Assembly: GCA_004022145.1 (NCBI GenBank)
Contig: RCNU01000010.1
Strand: one strand, 5' to 3'
Source: Paecilomyces variotii
Lineage: Eukaryota
Length of the DNA stretch: 64,000 bases
Below the pieces are notes generated by a model. That model was given only the letters and a program-made list of their open reading frames with translations. It was not told where the DNA came from and made no database searches. The position numbers and the translations under genes are program-made. How positions within the stretch are numbered: position 1 is the first letter of the stretch; the number at the start of each line of letters is the position of its first letter. Below are positions 26,158 to 39,410 of this stretch, in pieces.

Positions 26158-27312
26158 ATGGCGCAAACTGGGGAGCTCAAACCTACCAAAACAGCGGCGC
26201 TCAACCTGCCGTCAGGGTCAAACACCTGCGAGCTGTCGATTCTGAACACCACTTGCGACATGACCCTTCCTACCATCTCTTTGATCGGTCCAAACATCAA
26301 GGGTCACGAAAACCTCAACCTTCCCACCTTCTCTTTCTACATCTATAACGCTCGTCAGAATAAACGCGTTCTCTTCGACCTCGGATCCCGGAAGGATTGG
26401 TGGAATTTCACGCCTGTAGTACTGGATGCCGTCAAGACCAAGGGCATCTCCGGACTGCGCATCACTCATGACGTTGCTGATGTCCTGGCTGAGGGGGGAA
26501 TCGATCCCAAGACCATCGATGCCGTCGTTTGGAGCCACTTCCACTGGGACCATGTGGGCAACATCCAGCTGTTCCCAAAGAACGTCGACGTCGTCGTCGG
26601 TGCCCCTTTCAAGAGCGTCTTCCTCCCTGGCTACCCAACAGGCCCGAACTCACCGTTTTACGAGGCCGACTTCGAGGGCCGTAACATTGTTGAGCTCGAA
26701 TTCGACGGCTCGCTGAAGATCGGTCAATTCCTAGCCCATGACTACTTCGGAGACGGCAGCTTTTATCTCCTCAAAGTGCCGGGTCACACGGCCGGGCATA
26801 TCTCCGGTCTAGTCCGCACAACCCCTGATACCTTCGTATTCTTGGGCGGAGATGTTTGCCACTTCCCGGGAGCCTACCGGCCTTCTGAGTATATACCCAT
26901 GCCAGAAACGCTCCCGGCGGAGACCAAGCTTGACGCGCGGATCCCACTGCCTTGCCCTTGCTCTTACTTCACTGCATGCCATCCTCACCCTGAGAAGGCT
27001 CGCACGACGCCGTTCTACCGCGTGTCGGAGGACCCTGGATCGTGGTACGAAGATGCACCGGAGGCGCAAAGGTCCGTGGACAAGTTGACCGAGTTCGACG
27101 GTGACGAGAACGTCTTCCTGGCCATCGCACACGACCCTGCGTTGCAGGACACCCTCACATTCTTCCCCAACGGCACGATCAACGACTGGAAAGCGAAAGG
27201 GTGGAAACGTACGACGCATTGGGGCTTTGTCAACGAGCTTCCGGTGGACGGAAAGCCCGGACGACCTGCCCTGGTGGAGGGTCTGCTGAAGGGTGATCTT
27301 CCGATCCAGTAA
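26158..27312 (+). CDS. Metallo-beta-lactamase-fold hydrolase (AHL-lactonase/lactamase-like), intronless
   Basis: LFDLGSRKD; metal motif SHFHWDH (HxHxDH); DYFGDGSFYLLKVPGHTAGH; GGDVCH; IAHD. Confidence 0.88.
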   Translation: MAQTGELKPTKTAALNLPSGSNTCELSILNTTCDMTLPTISLIGPNIKGHENLNLPTFSFYIYNARQNKRVLFDLGSRKDWWNFTPVVLDAVKTKGISGLRITHDVADVLAEGGIDPKTIDAVVWSHFHWDHVGNIQLFPKNVDVVVGAPFKSVFLPGYPTGPNSPFYEADFEGRNIVELEFDGSLKIGQFLAHDYFGDGSFYLLKVPGHTAGHISGLVRTTPDTFVFLGGDVCHFPGAYRPSEYIPMPETLPAETKLDARIPLPCPCSYFTACHPHPEKARTTPFYRVSEDPGSWYEDAPEAQRSVDKLTEFDGDENVFLAIAHDPALQDTLTFFPNGTINDWKAKGWKRTTHWGFVNELPVDGKPGRPALVEGLLKGDLPIQ

Positions 27313-28475
27313 ATGCGACTTGGAGGTTTTGATATTTTTGCATTAAGCTGCTGTTTATAGTTTCCGACAGGATGTAATGTGATGAATGGATGACTTGTAT
27401 CGCCGTGTTGCGTAGATGTTAATAGATCTCCTCCGGTTGGGAGAGAAGTTGAGATATGTACTCAATTCCCACTCAAAAAGAGTCCTGGGGCCCTGATGTA
27501 TCTTAAGTATGCATTTGCCCTAGTAGCTGTTCCCCAGGGTACTCGACTTCTATCCCGTCTCCGGGAGCACCGTCGCCACTGGCATCAAGCTTCTGCCAGT
27601 CACAATGGACATTGTGCCTTAAGTTAGCCTTGGCAGCAGTTATCAGTACCTTTTTCCGAATCGAGGTTTCTGCTGCTGTTAGATCGAGTTAGGCTTAATT
27701 TCATGTAGTATGTCATAACATTCATGGCAAGGCGGAATTGCAGGCTGTTGGCTAGCAGCAGAACAGTAAATCGAGAGGCTCAAAGAGCTATGCAGAGCTC
27801 CATACGACTTCGAAATAAATAAAAAAAAATGACGAGCTGCTGACCAAGGAACTGGCTGTTGTTTTCCTCCGCTAAGCATTGAGCTCATGGTAAAGCTGTG
27901 CTGTGACGTTTCCACATCTCACAATCCACGCACGGCATAGCTCCAGATCGATTACAGAAGGAGTATTCGATCCCATCGAGGCCCGGTGATTCTCAGAGAT
28001 TTCGTCTGTCAGAATTATCAAGTAGGGTGGAAGGGAGCTGACGCACAAATGCAGGTATTCTCTTTCTGTATGGCCAGTCCACCAAGATCGTCGGTCGGGG
28101 ATTAACCCCCAAAATCGCACTCATGCCGGATAGTCCCTGACGCTTGACGATTCCCCTGTCAAGACTGAGATTATAGATGCTAGAATCCCAGAGCGAAGAG
28201 TCATGGCCTCACATGCGCCCTCGTCTTCTGCCTCGGAGTTGCTGAGGCCGGATGCGCCTGCCCCCGACGACATTCACCAACAACACACCAGAAGCTACAT
28301 AAAGAACTCTCTTTCTTCTTTCTTTCTCTTCTCCCTCAGTATTCATCCACCGCACTCTCCACTCAATTCCGAGCAAAACATCTCTTAACGACCTAGTAAC
28401 TCATTGCAGCTTAGATATTCTTTTCCCTCGTTCTTCCTAGCGCTCCTCCTCAGATAAACAATAGAATTCGACACC

Positions 28476-29632
28476 ATGGCGGCTCCCGCGGATGTCACCG
28501 TGCAGAACCTCAATGGCATCTGGGTGATGGTATGCAAATTGAACCCAGACACAGTCTCATGCCCCTGACGGAGCTGTTCTTTCGGTTTTCCCCGGATCTT
28601 GGCAGGGCACCAGCTCGTTGTTGTGGTACCCCTCAATTTGATCGCTGCGGGTGCTAATGATGGTGGGGTACTACAGGACTCGTCTCTCTCGACTCCCACG
28701 GAGCCGATCTTGCAGTTGGTATGTCGTCTTGTTTTCTAGTAATTATTAAGATATGACTCTCTCTATGTGCGATGTCTATTGTGAGGTGTCATCAGTGGTG
28801 TCCAGATATGGTTGTCACATGCGGGCACAGCCTGCTGCCCGTCTAGCTAGCTTCTTCCCTCTTCTGCCCAGACATGTTCTACTGTTCCTATCTTATGATT
28901 CTGGACAAGAATCTATCTGAACTAACGTGAATCAGCAAGGAATGGGCTGGATCACCCGCAAGGCACTCAGCTATGCTACCGTCACGCTCTATGTTACTCA
29001 GCACCCGGACTCGGACAACAAGTCTTTGATGCACATCGACATTGATCAGACGGTCACTGGTGGCATCAAGGGTACCAGTGAGAAGCGTTCCACAGACTGG
29101 AATAAGCGCGAGCACAAGGATCATATCTTTGGCTCCGTCGTCGGCCAAAGCCGTCTGGTCCGTGGATCAAAAGGCGAAGATGGCAAGCTCCGGCCAAAGA
29201 CAGAGTATGTGACCAAAATCGGCGGAAACGGTGTCGATGATGAAAAGATTCAGAAGTTCTTGAACGGAGAAATCTTGCCGGACGGCACCGAGTCCGAGGG
29301 CTGGCTGCTGGATGCAGTTGGCGACGACTTCGGTGAGGGCGAGGGACTCTTCCTGCAGAACTGGGTCCGCAATGTTGATCAGGGCTACGGATGGACTGCA
29401 GAGCAGGTATGTACAGTACAAGGCGCTTTGTTCCTCGACGTGATGTGACTGAATGATACTGACTCTCGACCTACAGATCTGGGGCTTTGAAAACATCAAC
29501 GGCAAACGTTACTACACTCGTCGTGTCGTCGTTGCTGCGAAGGATGGCAGCTACCAGCTTGGCCGCCTAGTCTACAACTACCAGGGCCCCAATGAGACCG
29601 CAGGCAACAAAGAACAGACTCCCGCTCAGTAA
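28476..29632 (+). CDS. Lipocalin/calycin-like beta-barrel protein (fungal family often labelled LCCL-domain-containing); exons 28476-28529, 28677-28718, 28936-29406 and 29477-29632
   Basis: Spliced MAAPADVTVQNLNGIWVMD..LS...ILQLQGMGWITRKA...WTAEQIWGFENINGKRYYTRRVVV; three consensus introns. Confidence 0.8.
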
Positions 29633-30189
29633 CAAAGAGACTCTCAGGAAGCCACCACCTTGCCTGGTCGCGTTTTATTGTTACGGTTGACTTCATTTGA
29701 GCCTCAGGTCAAGGTGTTTCCTTCCTGCAAGCGCTCTTTAGAGCTACTTTTTGGCTCCTAGGTAGAGATAGCGTCGGCTCACGCCATAGAATAATTGCCT
29801 TTTCCATTCCCTCTCTTACGGTCCAAAGTTGCTGTACATGTACACTCAGTCATACGAGACTGTCAATCGCAGTAGGACCGAAGATAATGCTCCATTATCA
29901 GAAGCCAGAAGTGCTAGATTGTAAGATCAAAGATGATATAGAAGATCATATATAAACTCCCAGATGAAGCACAATTTTGGGCAGCTAATAAAATAGCGAT
30001 AAACGCGCGACCAGCCCAGGACACTGGCTGCTTTCATCATCATGGATATTCATTCATTCTTTTACCTTATTACCCACCCCAGCGGACGAGTCACATCCAG
30101 CTCAAACCTCCCTTTCAAGGCATATAAAAAGCTCCGGGATATCGTTCTCCACATAAAATTAACACTTAGCATTCAAAACATCCGAAATC

Positions 30190-32134
30190 TCACGATTGCG
30201 TAGGCATCACGACACTAGCCTTGCTGCTGACAGCATCCTCACTTCGCCACAGGCTAGTAACGGTTTTCTGCTGAGTGTAGAACTGTAGACCGGGCTTGCC
30301 GTAAAAGGTGTTGGCACCGCCACCGGCGATACTCTTCTTGTTACCAGTGAAGGAGAACATGGGCAGCGGGACAGGGATGGGGACGTTGATGCCGACCTGG
30401 CCGGCTTCGATGTTCTTCTGGAAGTGAGTAGCAGTAGAGCCGGACTTGGTGAAGATAGCGGCGCCGTTACCGTATTCGTTGGCGTTGATGAGGGAGATGG
30501 CATCATCGAGCGTGTCGACGTTCAGGCAGACGAGGACGGGGCCGAAGATCTCTTCTCTGTAGCAGCGCATGTTGGGGGTGACGTTGGTGATGATGGTGGG
30601 TCCAACCTGAGAAGGGAAGAGTCAGTCATTCATGGTTCGTATGGGTATGGATAACTCGTGCGGTTGTCAAGGAGTAAGGAGGGGGGGGGTCTTACGAAGT
30701 TGCCGTTAGGGTATTTCTCGGGCTTGTAGCCTCGTCCATCGAGGAGGATCGTGGCACCCTCCTCTTCTGCACTGGCGATCAGTTCCTCAATGCGCTTCTT
30801 GCTCTCTGGGCTAATGACGGGGCCAAGGTCTGCGCCCTCTTCGAATCCACCGTTGACGTTCAGAGCCTTGGCTCTCTCTGCAATCTCTGGCAGCCAATCC
30901 TTCGTCTCTCCGACGGCGACGAGAGTGCTGAGAGCCATGCAACGCTGACCTGCAGCGCCAAATGCAGCACCCGCGATGGCGTTAAGAGCATGGTTCTTGT
31001 TGGCATCGGGCAGGAGGGCGGCGTGGTTCTTGGCGCCCAAGTTGGCCTGCACACGCTTGCCGTTGGCCGACCCACGAGTGTAGATATACTCGCCCGCGCG
31101 GTTGCTACCGACGAAGCTAATGGCCTTGATAGCAGGCTCGTCCAGGATGAAATCGACGGTCTTGGCGGCACCATGGACGATGTTGATGACACCGTCGGGG
31201 AAACCAGCCTCCTTGGCCAGCTCTGCCAGGATCATAGCCGCACCGGGATCGCGCTCTGAAGGCTTCAGGACCAACGTGTTTCCAGTCACCGTGGCAATGG
31301 GGATACACCACAGGGGAATCATGGCGGGGAAGTCTAGAGGGATTGTCAATTCCGATCTGCGGATATCGAGATTCGCAGGAGCTATCAATGCGGAGACTTA
31401 CTGAATGGACAGATGGCGGCGACAACGCCCAATGGCTCCCGGTAGCTTCTTGTTTCCATATCCTTGGCGACTTCAAGCACCTCCCCGGTGATCTGGGTGG
31501 TGATGCCGCAGGCGGTCTCCGCCACTTGGAGACCACGGAGGACATCTCCCTTGGCATCCGCGAACGTCTTACCTTGCTCGAGAGTAATCGACGCTGCAAG
31601 ACGATCCCAGTGGGTACGGATGAGGCTCGTGAACTTGAAAAGGACCTGCTGTCGGTGCATGATGCTGGTAGCGCGCCATGCGGGGAAAGCTTTCTCGGCC
31701 GAACGCACGGCCGCCTGGAGCTCCTCATCCGTGCTCTGGGGAACGCGAGTGACGAGATTGTTTGTAGCCGGATCGTACAGATCAATCCATGTTGTCGCCT
31801 TGGATGGAACGAATTGGTTGTCAATGAAGTTGGTCGTGTCGATTGGGTTGGCGATCGCTTCGTGAGTGGTCGGGTACTCTGTTGCTGTAGTGGCAGCGGT
31901 GGTCGTTGCAGCGACCAGCTGGCGTGCCGTGGCATGCAACCGCCGGGACGCGACCATCGAGAGAGAGACCTTCTGAGGAGCTGAATTCGATGAGGCAGAC
32001 ATGGCTGACGTTGAGCGGGAGCGAGATGCAGTCACTGCTGCAATTCTGGCTGACGAGATGGCGTTCCTGGAATTGCGGGGAGAGCAAACGCGGAGGGCGG
32101 GGAGCGAACGGGCCAGATACTGACGGGTGGCCAT
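30190..32134 (-). CDS. Methylmalonate-semialdehyde dehydrogenase (CoA-acylating, ALDH6), mitochondrial; 3 exons
   Basis: Long Arg/Ser presequence; [50 protein letters not shown]. Confidence 0.95.
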
Positions 32135-32332
32135 GGTGAGAGCCCAAATGAAACGAATAGAAGGGATCCTAGCAGACAGAGTGTGTATCTGCTCTCTCTG
32201 AGAAATTGAGAAAGAAAAGAGAGGGAGAATAGAAAGTATGCAGACAGAAGAAAAGAAAAAGGACAGAAGCAGAGGCACGAAGGGGGGAATTAATGATTGA
32301 TCTTCCTCCGCTCTGCTTCTCCGGTTTCTCGC

Positions 32333-32486
32333 CCGAGGTATCGCTCATCTTCCCGGGGAAGCTTTCGGCTGTGCTGATTGGCGGTCTGCACCGAGCTCCA
32401 AGACTGATAACCGATAATTCATCCGATAAGAGATAGTCAAGTTAACCACCTCGGATGGACTACGGAGATACATAGATATCTAGATA
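32333..32486. promoter_or_regulatory. Putative MMSDH upstream element: two CCTCGG/CCGAGG motifs, a CCAAT box and a dense GATA cluster
   Basis: CCGAGG at 32333, ATTGG at 32377, GATA at 32406, 32413, 32425 and 32432 with three more at ~32467-32486, and CCTCGG at 32449. Confidence 0.4.
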
Positions 32487-32829
32487 GCCACAGTAAAGCG
32501 TAGAGTCCTCTCATGCCAGGAGCTTCCCAAGTAATAAAATGTCAATTGGTTTTAAAATCACTATGGAGTGTAAAAACGCCTTTTCTCCCGAAGCGAGAAT
32601 GAGTTTGGAATATAAAACGACAACAACTGCTAAACAACAGAATCCAGGCCGGCTACCGTCGGGGTACTTTACAGGCTCATTCTCCTGGCTCGTTCCGGGT
32701 ATTAATGTCCCAGTTTGTCATGGCTCATAACAGTGGAGCTGCGCTGTCTCCCTGGCGGAACAGACTAATAGCTGCAAATCTCACTGCCAATCACATTTAC
32801 TCGACAGATTCTTCCTCCCCTAACACCTT

Positions 32830-34744
32830 TTACTCCGCCGAAGAGCGCGTGGTACGCTTGGTAGCGTTGCCCTTGGCGGTCTCCGCGGCGGAGCTGACGG
32901 CCTCAGCGGTCTGCTCCTTGGCGGCGGCAGCGGCCTCCTTGCCCTTCTTGGCCGGAGCCGCAGCGGGAGTGCTGGCACTGATGGCGCCAACGATGATCAG
33001 CACGCAGGTGAGCAGCAGAGCGCCCAGTCCACCAGCGACCTCAGGCACAACCTTCACAGCGTTGAGAGGGTCCTCCTTCACCAGCCCGACAAAGAGGTCG
33101 ACCTTCTCACGGACGTAGGTGACGGGGTCCTCGCTGAAGGCGACGCTGGTCTGGGGCTTGTCCTCCTTCTTGGGCTTCAGGGACTCCTCCTCAGCAACCT
33201 CGACGGCGTGCTTGATGTCGAAGGTCTCCTGGCGGAACTTCTCAGCGTCCTCGATGGAGTGGCCAATGTAGATGTTGTCGAACAGGATGTCGTTCTGCAT
33301 AGTCCAGATCTCAAAGCCAATCTGTTCCAGGTCAGTCTCACAGTCTCTTGTTCATCCTTGGGGATTAAACTTACAGCACCCATGGGCTCAAACTTGGAAG
33401 GAGTCTTGTCCTCAAAGTAGGCGGGGTTGGGGATCTTGCGAGGAGCCCAAGGTCCCTTGTAGGCGGGGTTGTCGATCAAGGGAGGAGACCACTTGCCCTT
33501 GTAGGCAGGGTTCTTCTTCATCGGGGGCGACCACGGGCCACATCCAGAGACTTCATTGCACTTGGGGTTAGGCACAGTAGGAGGGATCCAGTCGCCATCC
33601 TCCTCATCGTCCCAATCCTCGGGCTTCTCAGCCTCGGGGTCAGGAATGGAAGTGGGCTCATCCTCAAGCCAGTCATCGGGCTTAGTGGCCTCCTCATCAA
33701 CGATCTCGTAGGGAGCCTCCTCATCCCAGTCCTCAGGCTTCTTGGCCTCGGGGTCAGGGATCTTGACATCGTCAACCCAGTCGGCCGGCTTCTTATCCTT
33801 AGGGTCGTCAATCTCCTTCGGGGGGTTGACTGGAGGGGTGAAGTCCTCCAGAAGAGTACCGTTCTTAACAGGGCTGCCGTCAATCAGGATCTGGAAAGAC
33901 TGGTCGGGCTTGACGATCAGGGTGTAGAGAGTCGTCAGCTTGGTCGTGCGAGCCGCCGGAGGAGCCTTGAGGTGCTTCTCCTCATACTCGCCGGTCTTCG
34001 GGTTCTTGTGCTTGAAGATAAAGTGAACCTGGGTAAAAGGTTAGCTTCGGGCCATCCCAAGCTGAAGGCCCATCGTGCGCCTCACCTTGTTGGTAGCACC
34101 GCACTTGTCGGGACCAAACATGATCACATAGGGCGAGGCATTGGAGAATTCCTCAGCATGGAGCTTCTTGTTTTCCTGAAGGAGCTTCAGGTAGGCACCA
34201 CCGCAGACCAGGGAATCTGTGGGATGCGGTCAGATACATTGCACACGTGATTTGAGAATACAGTACTTACTCTGGAGCTTGACCTCGTACTGGACAACCA
34301 GGGTCTTGTCCTTGTTGTCAATCTTCTTGGGGAACTTTGCGGAGATGGCATGGTGAGCGGCGGCGTTCTTGACCACCAGACCCTTATCGCCCTCAATGCC
34401 CTTCAGCACGGTGGGCTCCTCAACCGACCAGGTACCGACGTAGGCCCAATCCTCGTCCGACTTCGAATCCTGCTTCTTCGCATGAGAAGGCGTCCATCGG
34501 GAGTCCCAGTCATCAGTGAACTGCTCGAGGAATGGAGCCTTGAGGCTAGTAGGCTAGTCTGTTGTTAGCAATTGCGGAGCTCAGGTTGTGGCAACCGCGC
34601 GCGCAGCAAACGTACTGTGAAGGTAGGCTTCTCGATGACCGACGTCGTCGCGTCAGGGGCAGCCTTGGTCTCCTCCGCGTGGACGTAGCCCAGCAGCGTG
34701 GCGGAGGAGACAACGGCGGACGCGAGAGCTGCGTTGAACCGCAT
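32830..34744 (-). CDS. clxA: Calnexin (5 exons)
   Basis: Signal peptide; [27 protein letters not shown]-domain repeats (KPEDWDE, G.W.PP...NP.Y); C-terminal TM. Confidence 0.97.
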
Positions 34745-35522
34745 GATGAACCGGAAGCTCTACAGCGTCCAGACAAAGTGGAAGAAGGAACAACAACCAC
34801 AACAACAGATCAGAGAACAATTCAATCGTCCTCCCGAGCGGGATGGAGGAAGGGCACAAGGGGCAAGAGTGGAGCAGCACACAGCACAGCACGAAGCAGA
34901 AAGACAGTCGGACCGGGGACGGGGCAGCAAATATAAGATGCTGGATGAGGCCAGATTCTCAAAGGTGGCCTCTTTGCTGGAGAGCTGCTGGATGGAGTTT
35001 AGCCGCCTCGGAGGTCAGCTCGAGTGGTCCCGATCGGGTTTAGTGCTGCTTCTTGAACGTTCGACAGAAGAAATCCATCAGTGTACCTGCGCCAGCTTTT
35101 AATTATTGATCAGAAACTTAAGGATTGAACTAGTTCGTAGTACCATAGTTTACTAGTTACTACGTGCGTATGTACTCTGTAGTAGTAGTACTGTAGAGTT
35201 ACTTGGAGTAATAATTACTGCTACTCTAGTGTATTATTGTATCCACAGTGATCACGACATGTGCGCTCCTCTGGTCTGTGTGGTAGAAGTACCATAGACA
35301 CGCTATCAGGCTTCACTACAAACTCCCTTCACCGCCGACGGACCGCGAATTGCGACATCTTCACAGGGCGGCAGAAAAAAAGATTCCTGGATCTACTTAT
35401 TGTTGCCCCGCCGCCTTTCTCCCCCTCATTTCTTCCCCCAGATTGTCTGCCATTTTTTATTATTCTCTTCGACTTGAAGTTTCCCTTCGTTTTGACGATA
35501 CCCCACTAGACTATCTCGCATC

Positions 35523-36397
35523 ATGGCTGAGTCTCAGCAGGTTGTTGCTAACGGTAACAATGACCATTTGGTCCAATCTGAAGACCCCCAGCACCCGGCC
35601 AACTTGATCCCGGAGCTATGCCGCAAGTTCTATAACTGGGGTTGGGTAACTGGTACCGGCGGTGGTGTGCGTTTACGACCGATCGTACAGTATAGTAGTA
35701 ATGAGCGCTCCTAGCTGACCTCTCGATGTAACTAGGCCTCGATCCGCAAAGATGACCACATCTTCATTGCTCCGTCTGGCGTGCAGAAGGAGCTGATCCA
35801 GCCGCACAACATCTTCGTCCTTCAGTATCCCACTCCCAAATACCCTCCGTCCGATCGCAAATACATCCGCAAGCCTCTCGACCTGAAGCCCTCTGCCTGT
35901 ACGCCTCTCTTCCTGGCTGCGTTTGAGCGCGGCGCGGGCTGCTGCATCCACACACACTCGCAGTGGGCAGTGCTGGTGACGCTCCTGGTCGAACGGGAGA
36001 AGGGCCCTAACGGTCAGTTCGAGATTAGCAACATTGAACAGATCAAGGGTATCCCACGGGGTAAGGGCAAGGGCATGCTGGGTTTCTTTGACACCCTCAA
36101 GATCCCCATTATTGAGAATACTGCCTTCGAGGAAGACCTCACTGGAAGTCTGGAAAAGGCTATGGAGGAGTATCCCGACACATATGCGGTGCTTGTGAGG
36201 AGACATGGAATGTGAGTGAAACATAGCTCCCTCTTCCCTTTGCAGTGAGAGCGAATCTGACCAGGAGCCATAGTTACGTCTGGGGAGACGATGTCGCCAA
36301 GGCGAAGACCCAGTGTGAGAGTTTGGACTATCTCTTCCAGCTTGCGGTGGAGATGCACAAGCTTGGAATCCCATGGGTCAAGGAAGCATCTTCGTAA
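35523..36397 (+). CDS. MDE1: Methylthioribulose-1-phosphate dehydratase (methionine salvage); exons 35523-35666, 35736-36211 and 36274-36397
   Basis: [56 protein letters not shown]. Confidence 0.95.
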
Positions 36398-37040
36398 GGT
36401 TAGGAAATTCCTCTTGCAGGTACTCCAGGTCCTTACTCTGTGGGCTCCTGAGTTGCTTTTCTGACGATGATGGTTTGATGCTTGATATGAAAATTGTTGC
36501 GTATATGTCGCTATGACAGAAGACAACATGTTTTCACATGCTCGTGCTGTATTGGAAGGGGGTTGTTTTATGGTAAGGCGTCAAGTAACCATTTATTGGT
36601 GATTTCTGTTTCTCAGCAGGCGGCTGGAATATATTTGAATAGCTAATTGTCTTCCATCAATCGCACATGTATTGCTGGGCATAAAATAAATTGATTGATT
36701 TTTCCACCCTTAGTAGAAAGATACATCTGAAAAATGAATCCTGTAACAAGAAACCAACTCGAGTTGTAAAACGGTGCCTGGTGTATAGACCAGAGGCGGA
36801 GGTTGCTTGGCACCTGCTGAGGCTGCCCCGGAAAGCGGCTGCGTTGCAAGCAGACGGACTCCCGTGCGGGCTAACATCATCTGTCAGGTCCAGCTTATTC
36901 CGAACTACCCCCAAAGCTCTGATCCCCCTCGCGCTAGCCGTCTCTCTTTCTGTTCCATCAACTCGTTTCCTGCAGCGCGGTTTTCTGGTCGCCGTTTTTT
37001 CTGTCGAACATAGAGACCTAAGGTCCAAGTCTGCGCGGAG

Positions 37041-39063
37041 ATGGACCTGGACGCTGGCGACTCCCCGTGGGGCGGTAAGTTAGGCAATCACTTACAATGG
37101 TCTTTGAAGCTATTCATTGTCTAATGGAATCTGCAGATGTCCCTTCGCAGTCGATCACCAGCCATGCTGAATCGCAGCCCGAGAGCACAGAAGAGAACTG
37201 TACGTGCGCACTGTCCGATCGCACCACCCATATCAGGAGCACATGCTAACCGCTGTCAACTGTAGCTTCCAACCAGACCACGACCCAGACTACCACACTG
37301 AGCGTTCCGCGCTCGCCTGCTCGACGAGGCCCCCGGACGCCGCGCAAGATAAGCGCGCAGGCGACGAAGTTGGAGGCCGTGGATGACACCGCTGACCCGT
37401 TGGGTCCCCTTGGAGATAAGTCGCTCGAGAACAATGAGGAGGCTCCCGTGCCCCCTCAGAAGGAACCTTTCGCAACGCGCAATGTGCGGCCGGATTCATC
37501 TGCGTCGCAGATTTCCAGCACAACCGGAATGATGGACTCCGTAGACCTCGATGAAGATGGGTTGGCTCGAGCGAGAGGACCACCACCGGTGCAGCCTCCG
37601 ACGGACACGGATGCTAAGAGGGCAACGCAGCCGAGTGTGAGTATAGAGCAGGCTGCGAAACCGACATTCGATATCACGGTCGGTGACCCGCATAAAGTGG
37701 GCGATCTTACGAGCAGTCACATCGTGTATCAGGTCCGAACGAAGGTAAGCAGAACAGCACGCGACAAGTCAGGACTGGGAGGTGGTTAACGGGATTTTCG
37801 CAGACGACCTCAAAAGCCTATCGCCAACCCGAATTCGCTGTCAGCCGTCGATACAGGGACTTCCTCTGGTTGTACAACTCTCTGCATAACAATAACCCTG
37901 GTGTCGTTGTCCCGCCCCCGCCGGAGAAGCAGGCTGTCGGCCGTTTCGATACGAACTTTGTCGAGTCGCGACGAGCGGCTTTGGAGCGCATGCTCAATAA
38001 AATCGCTCTCCATCCGATTCTGCAGCACGATGGCGATCTCAAGATTTTCCTTGAGAGTGAAACATTCAACCTCGATATTAAGAACAAGGAGAACCGGGAG
38101 CCAGACCTTGGCCAGAATAAAGGCATGTTCAGCTCATTGGGTATCTCTGTCGGTGGAGGAGGGAAGTTCGTAGAGCATGATGACGTGGGTTATCTCGTTT
38201 GCTTTTTCTCCGCTAGAAATGTGAAACTGATGATGTCTAGTGGTTTCATGACCGGAAAATCTACCTGGACGCTCTAGAGAACCAACTAAAGGCGTTGCTA
38301 AAGGCGATGGATACAGTGGTTGCACAGCGCAAGGGGCTAGCCGAAGCAGCTGGTGACTTCTCGGCTTCTCTCCATGCGCTGGCTTCCGTGGAGTTGTCGC
38401 CTGCATTATCCGTGCCTTTGGACAGTCTTTCGGAGCTGCAATTGCGGATCCGGGAGCTCTACGAACGGCAAGCCCAACAGGATGTCCTGACTCTAGGTAT
38501 CACCATCGATGAGTACATCCGGTTAATCGGCAGTGTGAAGACGGCTTTCACACAACGGCAGAAGGCATTCCACAGCTGGCATGCTGCTGAGTCGGAGCTA
38601 CAGAAGAGAAAGCATACTCAGGAGAAGCTCCTTCGCCAGGGCAAATCTCAGCAGGATCGCCTGAATCAGGTCAATGCAGATGTAGCGGACGCGGAGAGGA
38701 AGGTGCATCAGGCAAGATTGTTGTTCGAAGATATGGGAAGACTCATGCGCAATGAGCTCGAGCGGTTTGAAAAGGAGAAAGTCGAGGACTTCAAGTCTGG
38801 AGTTGAGACCTTCCTGGAGAGTGCCGTTGAGGCACAGAAGGAGGTGAGTATCTGAAGATATCTATTCACTTGAACGGAAATAGAGGCTGACGTGCACCTA
38901 GTTGATCGAGATCTGGGAGACTTTCTTACTGCAGCTTGATACGGAAGATGGAAACCCATACTACCAGCAAGCACCTCCCACAAGTGATACCGCCGAGCCC
39001 GATACTGTTACTCAATCCCCCAGCACCGAAGCTGCTGCAACAACCTCCGAGCAGGAGGCATGA
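37041..39063 (+). CDS. VPS5: Retromer sorting nexin Vps5 (PX-BAR), 6 exons
   Basis: MDLDAGDSPWG start; ITVGDPHKVGDLTSSH; RRYRDFLWL; PPPPEKQAVGRF; BAR domain ending ESAVEAQKELIEIWETF. Confidence 0.94.
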
Positions 39064-39410
39064 ATGTGAAGACTTTGACTGTTTTTCTTTGATGTATAGC
39101 ACCCACAGCAGCATGTGGTAACTAGCCGTCTGTGATATCATGTCTCCGAAGTTGCTCTTTTCCAAGCTATTCCTACAGCCTACCATACACTTCATTCCAA
39201 CCAGTTTCATGCACCGCGATGCTTTGAAATGATCCCCTAACTGTTCCAGTAATACTCTTTAATGCGTACAAGAAGTCTCGATAAACGTCAGCGTGTTTAT
39301 CGGAATATGTACAAATGCATCACTTAGGATGGACTCAACATAATGAAATCTATATCATAAAACGCTCATCTATCCGAGACCGATCACCAATCATCCCTCA
39401 CTTTTTATTT

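Noticed and set aside
28821..28842. GCGGGCA/TGCCCGT hairpin in intron 2 of the lipocalin-like gene, considered as TPP riboswitch or H/ACA snoRNA
   Set aside because: Only a 7-bp stem; the TPP aptamer core and an H/ACA two-hairpin layout are not evident.
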